Virus record (IMG/VR): IMGVR_UViG_3300049793_000365
DNA: 64,000 nt
Source of the DNA: an uncultured virus (IMG/VR IMGVR_UViG_3300049793_000365)
Lineage: Duplodnaviria > Heunggongvirae > Uroviricota > Caudoviricetes
Reading direction: 5' to 3' (one strand)
In this document: positions 56,781-64,000 of the stretch, piece after piece
Numbering within the stretch: the stretch's first letter is position 1
Layout of the letters: every line of letters starts with the position of its first letter
Notes under the pieces: model-generated
The model's database searches: none
What the model was told of the DNA's origin: nothing
What the model saw: only the letters and a program-made list of their open reading frames with translations
Translations under genes and position numbers: made by a program

Positions 56781-58409
56781 TACAATTTATTTAATATAAT
56801 GCTCATGTATATCATAATTGTATTTTACGACCAACAGGCATATAGAGATAATTCTCTATCAATGTTATTGACAGATAATAAGCTACCAGAGAAGTATGTA
56901 TGGTCTGGAAGTAGCACTCGTTTCACTGAAACAAGTAGTATAGGATTTTCTAAGGTTTTTAAAAATGAAGGCAGTGCTGTTCGATTCATTGATGAATTCA
57001 ATCAACATAAAACAAGAGATAGATATGATTTACTAAGAAATAAATACCTAACATATCGTAAGCTAACTAGACAGGAATGGGACTTAATTGTGGACAATGA
57101 GCAATCGAGATTGAAGTATAAATATGAAAAAGCCAACGAAAAGATAGAGAAGAAGAGACGTATGTTTAAGTAAGTTATTAACAATATAAAACTATATGAT
57201 ATTACTAAATATAAATGCTTATGGATAATATTCGAGTAACTCCAAAGAAAGGTGATAATGTTGAAATACTTCGTTTAGATATCTTGTGTAATAAACCAAG
57301 ACCTTTATTTGGTAGAATAACCCGCATTGATGGTTTCTACATCTATGTGAAGCCAAAATACCAAAGATATGAATGTGAACTCTACCAAAATGAGATTAGA
57401 ATACTATGACACATACATACGAATATAGTTTCAATAGAAAACTTAGCACTGCAATAACAACTCAAACTATTCGTCTACCTGATGATATAGAGTCTGTTGA
57501 GAATGTGATAATGTTAGATAAAGAAACGGGTGAAATCTTCGAAGTAGATGATTATATTAAGGCTTTCTCTACCAATGAAAAGTCAATGTTTGGATCTTTT
57601 CAATTCTCAATTGAAAAATTATACTACGCTACTGAGAGAAATCTATTTATCAGATTTCACACACCAAAATTTAATTATACCCACGCTATTATTGTCTTTA
57701 AATCTAAAGTATTTGATAGACAAGTTAAGTGTGAATTTCTATTAGCATAAACTTATAATAATATATTGGTATAATAAAAATTATGGATGAAGTTATCACA
57801 TTTAATTGTCAAGGTAAGGAATATGCTATCTCAATTGAAGAGAAGAAAGTATATCCTAGATTTTTCGGTATAATCGGTTTGTTGGAAATTGGGTATGGTA
57901 CACCAGTGGTTGTTAAGTCAATAACCTTCGATTTGAGAACAAATTACAAAAGCTTTCTGGGAATGAATATTAGCTGTATAAGAGATAGAAAGGAAAAGCA
58001 CAGCTATTCATTTGTTAAGGAATTTATATCTGAATTAAGTAAGTCATTAAAAAATAGTAATATTTCTGATAGTGATATCATTCACTATAAAGCAATATCT
58101 AATTCGCGCAAGAGATTATTTGCCCGCTTATTAGATGATAGTGGTTGGAAACTAATAGACTCTTGTGACGGTAGTTACTACTCTAAGACAACCGAATACA
58201 ACTCAGCTATGTTTGAACAAATCAGACTGTTTGGTGAGATATCAATCACAATCAATGTATGAGGTTCGTAAACATATTATTGGCTTTAATAATAGGCTTA
58301 TTTATTAGTCACACTACAATTACTGGGAATAGAATATATGTTGAGTACCCAATACTTGGGTTAGTGACATTCTTTTTATTTATAATAGTAGTTAGAAAGC
58401 GTAGATAAT

Positions 58410-59003
58410 TTAAGAAACAATATCACTTATCTTTCTGTCTCTATCATCTGATATAACATCAGCGATAAGATCCGCACCAAAAGCTTCTTTTACCAAGTCC
58501 ATGTGCTTGAAGATATTATTTTTACTTATGTGTTCTTCTAAATAGAATGGTTGATGTGCCTTAACCCATTCATATATATCATCTGGCTTTTCCCATTTAA
58601 TATCAATCACTTCTGAGTTCTCGAATGTTGGTAAAGTCATACTACCACTTCTTCTCATTTCCTTTACTATCTTAATAAATTTATTATCAACTTTATTATC
58701 TAAGTTGAGAGAGGAAATAATGATTTTACTTAAACTAGCTGATGATGGCATGAATTTAACGGTGCCATTAATTATTACGAGAAAGTATGCTCTTCGTATC
58801 ATCTGTACATCTTTACTACGATTGGATAATTTAGAATATTTATCCCAAATTTTATATATGTATTTTTTATTTAAATCATCAAATATAAATACATTCTTAA
58901 GATATAATCCTATTATATCGTAGAAAGGTACTAACGTACCATCATGCTTTATAATGGGTATTACTTTTATAATATCACCATCTTCTGGTTTATACCACAT
59001 CAT
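58410..59003 (-). CDS. possible gp32-like ssDNA-binding protein homolog with C-terminal tag
   Basis: WYKP...IKVIP...RAYFLV..GTVKF...PTFENS pattern; DRDRKISDIV. Confidence 0.4.
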   Translation of the reverse strand: MMWYKPEDGDIIKVIPIIKHDGTLVPFYDIIGLYLKNVFIFDDLNKKYIYKIWDKYSKLSNRSKDVQMIRRAYFLVIINGTVKFMPSSASLSKIIISSLNLDNKVDNKFIKIVKEMRRSGSMTLPTFENSEVIDIKWEKPDDIYEWVKAHQPFYLEEHISKNNIFKHMDLVKEAFGADLIADVISDDRDRKISDIVS

Positions 59004-60445
59004 ATCGTCCAGTTTGTATTATCCTTACCATCTTTAACTTCGATACCAGCATCATTTAATTTATTTCTGATTTCATCTGATGTTGCGTAGTCCTTATTTG
59101 ACTTAGCCTTATCCCTTAGTTCTAATACCAAATCCATAACTTTACTCAACGCATAAGTAGCTTTGGAATTCTCTTCTAATTTTAGACCCATTATATCAAA
59201 TACGAAATTTTCATAAATGCGCTTCAAGACATCTATATCATATTGAGTAAGTGGTTTGTTGTTTATAATATCTACAGCTTCGAATAATTTTGCTACCAAA
59301 GATGATGTATCAAAATCATTATCCATAGCCTCATACATCTTTCTTTCCAATGTAATAACATCAACTGATGATATATTAGATGGTGTTAATTTATGAAGCG
59401 TCTTATAAGCATTCATCAATCGATTAAACGCCTTCTCAGAACCACTTAGAGCGACATCACTTATATCCAATGTGCTTCTATAATGCGCCTGCATCATAAA
59501 GAATCTCACTACTGATGGTTCATATGATTTACTAAGTGATTCATGATTGCCAGAAAATAAATCAAGAGGTAGTAAATAATTACCATCACTCTTTGACATC
59601 TTCTTACCATTCAACGTAAGCATATTTGTATGTACCCAATATGTAGCTGGTGACTTACCACTATAAGCAACATTTTGTGCAATCTCATTGGTATGATGCG
59701 TAGCTTGTAGATCCATTCCACCACCATGTATATCAAATTGCTCACCGAGATATTTAGTACTCATAGCTGAACATTCAATGTGCCATCCCGGAAATCCCAT
59801 ACCCCATTGACTTGGCCACTGCATTAAGTGTTCCGGTTTTGCTTTAATCCATAACGCGAAATCATGTCTTCCCTTTTTCTCTTCCTGTCCACTTAATTCG
59901 GTTCTACTACCATCTATTAATTCATCAAGCTTTCGACCCGTTAATTCTGTATAATTGTGACTCTTGGAATATCTATCAACATCAAAGTAAACTGTTCCGT
60001 TCTTTTCATAAGCTAAACCGTTATCAATTATCTTCTTAATCATAACCTGTTGCTCTATGATATGACCAGTTGCGGTTGGTTCTATACTTGGTGGTAATAC
60101 GTTGAACAAGGACATCACATCGCGAAATCCAACTGTGAACTTCTGAACAATCTCCATTGGTTCTTTCTTTTCCAATTTAGCTTTGTTTGAAATCTTATCA
60201 ACACCAGTATCATCAGTTAAGTGACCAGCATCAGTTATGTTTCTGACATAACGAACATTATATCCAAGATGCGTTAAATAGCGATACATTATATCGAATG
60301 ATATAAATGTTCTACTGTTTCCTAAGTGTACATGATTATACACCGTTGGACCACAAACATACAAACCAACAAATGGTGGGTTCAGTGGCTTAAACTTCTC
60401 TTTAGTTCGAGATAGTGTATTGTATATGTGTAAGTTATTATCCAT
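59000..60445 (-). CDS. cysS: cysteine--tRNA ligase
   Basis: [12 protein letters not shown] (HIGH), [25 protein letters not shown]-terminal anticodon-binding domain. Confidence 0.97.
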   Translation of the reverse strand: MDNNLHIYNTLSRTKEKFKPLNPPFVGLYVCGPTVYNHVHLGNSRTFISFDIMYRYLTHLGYNVRYVRNITDAGHLTDDTGVDKISNKAKLEKKEPMEIVQKFTVGFRDVMSLFNVLPPSIEPTATGHIIEQQVMIKKIIDNGLAYEKNGTVYFDVDRYSKSHNYTELTGRKLDELIDGSRTELSGQEEKKGRHDFALWIKAKPEHLMQWPSQWGMGFPGWHIECSAMSTKYLGEQFDIHGGGMDLQATHHTNEIAQNVAYSGKSPATYWVHTNMLTLNGKKMSKSDGNYLLPLDLFSGNHESLSKSYEPSVVRFFMMQAHYRSTLDISDVALSGSEKAFNRLMNAYKTLHKLTPSNISSVDVITLERKMYEAMDNDFDTSSLVAKLFEAVDIINNKPLTQYDIDVLKRIYENFVFDIMGLKLEENSKATYALSKVMDLVLELRDKAKSNKDYATSDEIRNKLNDAGIEVKDGKDNTNWTI

Positions 60446-60713
60446 TATCCTCTTAGTTCGTAAATTATACTTTGCGCTCTTTCACCATTGACCCATAGAA
60501 CAGCCATATCATTGACGATGTTACAGAAGTCTCTTTCGTCAAGTTCATACCATTCTTGAAACTCTTCTACGGTATCAAAAATATATGTGACTGGTTTCTC
60601 AGGCACAACATCATCTATATCAAAAAATGATGTTTCTGTGTCGTATAATAGACAAACTTTTGTTGGGTATGTCTCTTTGATATACTTATCCAGAGCATCC
60701 CAGTAATTAAATT

Positions 60714-60854
60714 CTAACGGCTTTTTTTCCATTTATCGATTAGTTTATAAATCCAATTTCTTTTAAAAATTTTATCAAGCTTCTCTTCTCTCTTAACGGA
60801 TTGAGGCTTTAAGTCTTCCAATAATGCTTTAGTTATTCTACCACCTTGAAACAT
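60714..60854 (-). CDS. 46-aa tag-dominated microprotein, not in the ORF track
   Basis: MFQGGRITKALLEDLKPQSVKREEKLDKIFKRNWI... Confidence 0.55.
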   Translation of the reverse strand: MFQGGRITKALLEDLKPQSVKREEKLDKIFKRNWIYKLIDKWKKSR

Positions 60855-60999
60855 CGTACCATTTCTTTTTAAAGATTTTATCTATCTTCTCGTCTCTTCT
60901 ATCTGCTCTTGTTTTGAGCATTTCATTGAGTTGTTTACTCACACCATTTGTTGCTGAGATAATACGAACCAGTGCTATTAAATTTTTAATAAGATTCAT
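60838..60999 (-). CDS. 53-aa tag-dominated microprotein, not in the ORF track
   Basis: MNLIKNLIALVR...RRDEKIDKIFKKKWY... Confidence 0.55.
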   Translation of the reverse strand: MNLIKNLIALVRIISATNGVSKQLNEMLKTRADRRDEKIDKIFKKKWYDVSRW

Positions 61000-61247
61000 C
61001 TTGCTCAGAATAATAGTCTATACAATCATCATGAAACTTCTCAGTTGCTTCTGATAACGTCATTACTTTGAATTTTTCAAAGCGAGAGGTGTTATTTTTG
61101 ATTGTCAAGTTAAACTCATCATTCATTTCTGAACACTTAACCTCTAATGATTTTCGGTCAAGTGATACATTATCTGTGTAGAATGAACTTAGTGATTCAA
61201 AGTCATTGACGATTATAAATACTTCTGAGAGTGGCTTTATCATAGCG

Positions 61248-61324
61248 TAAATATATGGATAATAATTCATTTAACCAAATTATCGGATGAAATTTGGATA
61301 TTAAGTATTAATTACTTATATTTG
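61248..61324. promoter_or_regulatory. divergent pair of Bacteroidota-type promoters
   Basis: minus TTTG-N20-TATATTTA (61248-61279); plus TTTG-N20-TATATTTG (61293-61324). Confidence 0.8.
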
Positions 61325-61552
61325 TAGAAGTGAAGCGCAAAATATATTTCATATTGGATAAGGTAATGAATGTCATTGGATTCATTTGTATAGCACCAAT
61401 TTACGCATTTGCTTCTCTATTCGAAGATAAAGAATTCTCAAGACAAGCACAAGAATTAATGGAAGATGCTATCGAAGAGGCAGAGAATCCCAAGTCATAT
61501 AAGCGCAATAAGCAGTTAGAAAAATTATTAGACGATAAATAATATATACATT

Positions 61553-62128
61553 ATGCTGAAAAGATACACAGAATTCGTAACCGAGACCGTTTCAAACTTA
61601 TCTAAAGTGAGAAGCTTCCCAACCAATATGTATGAGATATACAAACTAAGTAAAAGCGACTTGGGTAAGTATTTAAATACTTGGTTTACTGGTAAACGAA
61701 TTATGTTATCAGATATTGAACAACACAAGGTTAAGTTTAAAAAGGGAACTTTAAAAGACTATTTGTGTCTTGATGAAGTTTGGACAGTAAAGCGAGTAGA
61801 TGATAAAACAAGTCAAAGATTATACAATCGCGACATCAATCCTATATCAATTATAATAATGGCACCAGCTAGTTCTAAATTCATAGAAGACGAGGCATTC
61901 AAAAGAAATGAAGCTGGTGAAACACTTTATAATATGAAGTGTATGATTCACTCGGTAGATGATTCTTCGTTCGGTATTTGGTTCAATGGAAGACCTCTTT
62001 CAGAATTAGAACCAGTTAAACACGAAATGATGAAGTGGGTTAATTCTAAACCAATTATTAATGGTGATGAATTTATCAATAAATGTATTGAGTTAGGAGC
62101 AGAAGAAGATTCAATCGATTATAACTAA
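61553..62128 (+). CDS. N-tagged protein
   Basis: MLKRYTEFVTE, very close to the T4 CTS MKTYQEFIAE; TAATATATA at 61540-61548. Confidence 0.7.
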   Translation: MLKRYTEFVTETVSNLSKVRSFPTNMYEIYKLSKSDLGKYLNTWFTGKRIMLSDIEQHKVKFKKGTLKDYLCLDEVWTVKRVDDKTSQRLYNRDINPISIIIMAPASSKFIEDEAFKRNEAGETLYNMKCMIHSVDDSSFGIWFNGRPLSELEPVKHEMMKWVNSKPIINGDEFINKCIELGAEEDSIDYN

Positions 62129-62406
62129 TTCCAGCAGATATTGAATTCTTTCAATTTCTTATTGCGAAGCATCGTCATTAAATAGTATTCTATCTCTTCT
62201 GTGTTATCAGCTATTTCGATTACTACACCAGACATGATATAAATAAGCTTAGGTGAACTATTTTCACGAAAGTATATATCATCATCACCATCACGATAAA
62301 CCCAGTCACCGGCTGATACCTCACATGGGTCATATACAGAACAGTACTTCGATTCAACGAGTTGTTTGAACCCGATAGATTTTAATATTTTAACAATGTC
62401 CGACAT

Positions 62407-62751
62407 TTAGTTTACAATAATACTAATTTGTTCGTTACGATGTGCAGATATATCTAAAAAATATTTGTGAAATAAATGAACACTGTTAATATCCCATAAG
62501 ATTGGTAGCTTACCAGCTAGTATGTCAGCCTCTTGCTTTCTATCGAAATCATTGACCATTCCTTCCCAATCTGCTGGATTATCTAACTTAAGAAAGTAGT
62601 CAGGAAAGTTACCAACAGATACCCAACAACTTGTGTATTTCGTGTGGATATCTTCTTGTTTATCATCAGATGCTATCAGATAAGAATAATTCTCACCAAC
62701 TAAAAAGGAAACACCATAACCATCAAACTGTTTTATACATCTACAAGTCAT
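62407..62751 (-). CDS. SH3-like family C protein with C-terminal tag
   Basis: CRCIKQF...FLVGENYSY...FHKYF...HRNEQISII. Confidence 0.65.
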   Translation of the reverse strand: MTCRCIKQFDGYGVSFLVGENYSYLIASDDKQEDIHTKYTSCWVSVGNFPDYFLKLDNPADWEGMVNDFDRKQEADILAGKLPILWDINSVHLFHKYFLDISAHRNEQISIIVN

Positions 62752-62990
62752 AATATAGAGTTTATTTTCTCATCCCTGTGACAAGACATACATAGATTAT
62801 CTCTATCTCTACAATCTACACAAGCAGTAAAATAATGCTTACAGTCATTACATTCACAAGTTCGAGTAACACCTTCCTTATTACAGAAAATACACACAGG
62901 TTCTACCCTATTAATCGATATGATAGTATCACATGATTTTAGCTTATTCATAGAATCGCGTATTGATTCCGAAAAGGTAGACAACAACAT
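62748..62990 (-). CDS. Cys-rich zinc-finger protein with C-terminal tag
   Basis: four CxxC pairs; HRDEKINSIL. Confidence 0.65.
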   Translation of the reverse strand: MLLSTFSESIRDSMNKLKSCDTIISINRVEPVCIFCNKEGVTRTCECNDCKHYFTACVDCRDRDNLCMSCHRDEKINSIL

Positions 62991-63189
62991 TACGCGAGAA
63001 CAGATTTGATTTTCTTATCTCTCATAGCTATTTTACCACATAGTAGTTTTACTACGTCACCTGGTATTTTTTCATTCTTCTCGCAGTAGTCATGTAACTC
63101 TTCGAGTGTGATTATAGATTCACCTTGGTATATTAAATTGTGATTATCATCAATTGTGATACCTTCCATTCCAAATAGTCCCATATTTA

Positions 63190-63501
63190 TTAGTTTATTA
63201 GTTCGTCTAACTGTATGTTGCGATACTCAATAACATCCATGAAGCGATATTTAAAATTATCATGTGATAGTCTAACCAAACCACAATCGCTATTAGGATC
63301 TAATAGAAGCTCATCTATTGACTTATAATATGTATAATACTCACCTTCTTCGAATACGACAGTAGATGATTGTGTATCGGTATGATATGACCGAATACAA
63401 ACACATTTGCTTTCTATTAACTGTTGTTGCATCACTAATTTATAGTTAAGTTGTCCTGAAAGGTTGGTTCTGTATAGTGAAATTAATAGACTGTGTATCA
63501 A
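63190..63501 (-). CDS. SH3-like family C protein with C-terminal tag
   Basis: KCVCIRSY...FEEGEYYTY...YRNIQLDELI. Confidence 0.65.
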   Translation of the reverse strand: MIHSLLISLYRTNLSGQLNYKLVMQQQLIESKCVCIRSYHTDTQSSTVVFEEGEYYTYYKSIDELLLDPNSDCGLVRLSHDNFKYRFMDVIEYRNIQLDELIN

Positions 63502-63564
63502 TGACTTATTTTAATAGAATGTTATTAACATAAATTTTAACACTTAAATCCATATATTTGGACT

Positions 63565-63759
63565 ATGAGAGATTATTTTAAAAGATTAAGACATCACCCA
63601 GGATTAACAATTGCTACATTAATGACAATTGTTGGGTTTTTAGCAGGAGCTTCTAACAAACACATGAATTTTTGGAGCGGTGGTATAATGGGATTAATTG
63701 TAATGGGTGGATTTTGTTGGACACTTGTGTTGCTATCTAATATCAAAAGAAAAGGATGA
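63565..63759 (+). CDS. small two-TM membrane protein
   Basis: two hydrophobic helices; TATATTTG upstream. Confidence 0.6.
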   Translation: MRDYFKRLRHHPGLTIATLMTIVGFLAGASNKHMNFWSGGIMGLIVMGGFCWTLVLLSNIKRKG

Positions 63760-64000
63760 AGCTATATAAATTGAATACCTTTATAGAAAACATCGAAGGT
63801 GATATATCCGATGGTATAATAACCAATGACGAAGCATTGAGAACAATTATGAACTATGCGAGATTTCTAAGAACTGAATTAGATATCAATATGTTTATAG
63901 GTGAATCAAAGATTTTCGAAGGAGAGTTTAAAGAAAGTGATTGTTGGGAAGCTGGATATGACTATCATGTGAAGGGCGCATTCATAAAATCAACAACTGT

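Noticed and set aside
5554..63184. C-terminal tag as a DNA-level repeat or recombination site (integron-like cassette)
   Set aside because: The underlying codons vary synonymously (AGA/AGG/CGT/CGC, GAT/GAC), and no attC-like dyads or integrase are present in the window.
1..64000. Stop-codon reassignment as in Lak or some crAss-like phages
   Set aside because: Long genes (cysS, RNA ligase, the 711-aa ORF) are intact in the standard code, and TAG, TGA and TAA all end ORFs at tight junctions.
1..64000. CRISPR array, DGR or retron
   Set aside because: No regularly spaced direct repeats, no reverse transcriptase and no TR/VR pair were seen.

Overview
This is a strongly AT-rich, densely packed window of roughly 170 mostly short ORFs that switch strand often. 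It has no bacterial housekeeping operons and is best read as an accessory region of a very large (jumbo/mega) tailed phage, probably T4-like in its transcription logic. The host is probably a Bacteroidota species: many genes have exact TTTG-N19-21-TAnnTTT(G/A) promoters, Shine-Dalgarno sites are not evident, and cysS and a SucB-type lipoyl domain look Bacteroidota-like. Recognisable genes include cysS, an RNA ligase, cytidine deaminase, a GGCT, an AlkB-like oxygenase, a minimal DNA adenine methylase, an HNH endonuclease beside a tRNA(CAU, Ile2-like), ACP-like and lipoyl carrier domains, a histone H1-like protein, an ADP-ribosyltransferase-like protein and two gp55/sigma-region-2-like proteins. 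The main signal is a pair of mutually exclusive peptide tags that track promoter class. (1) About 27 otherwise diverse proteins start with MK(H/Y/N)(L/I)Kx(F/Y)xx(F/Y)...E, resembling the T4 capsid-targeting sequence. They sit directly behind a TAATATATA element or in operons led by one. (2) About 60 other unrelated proteins end in an amphipathic R(D/E/N)x(K/Q)(I/L)xx(I/L)(L/I) motif and mostly lie behind host-type promoters or a third motif, AACT-N15-16-ATATA. All counts are manual, and the functional readings are inferences.
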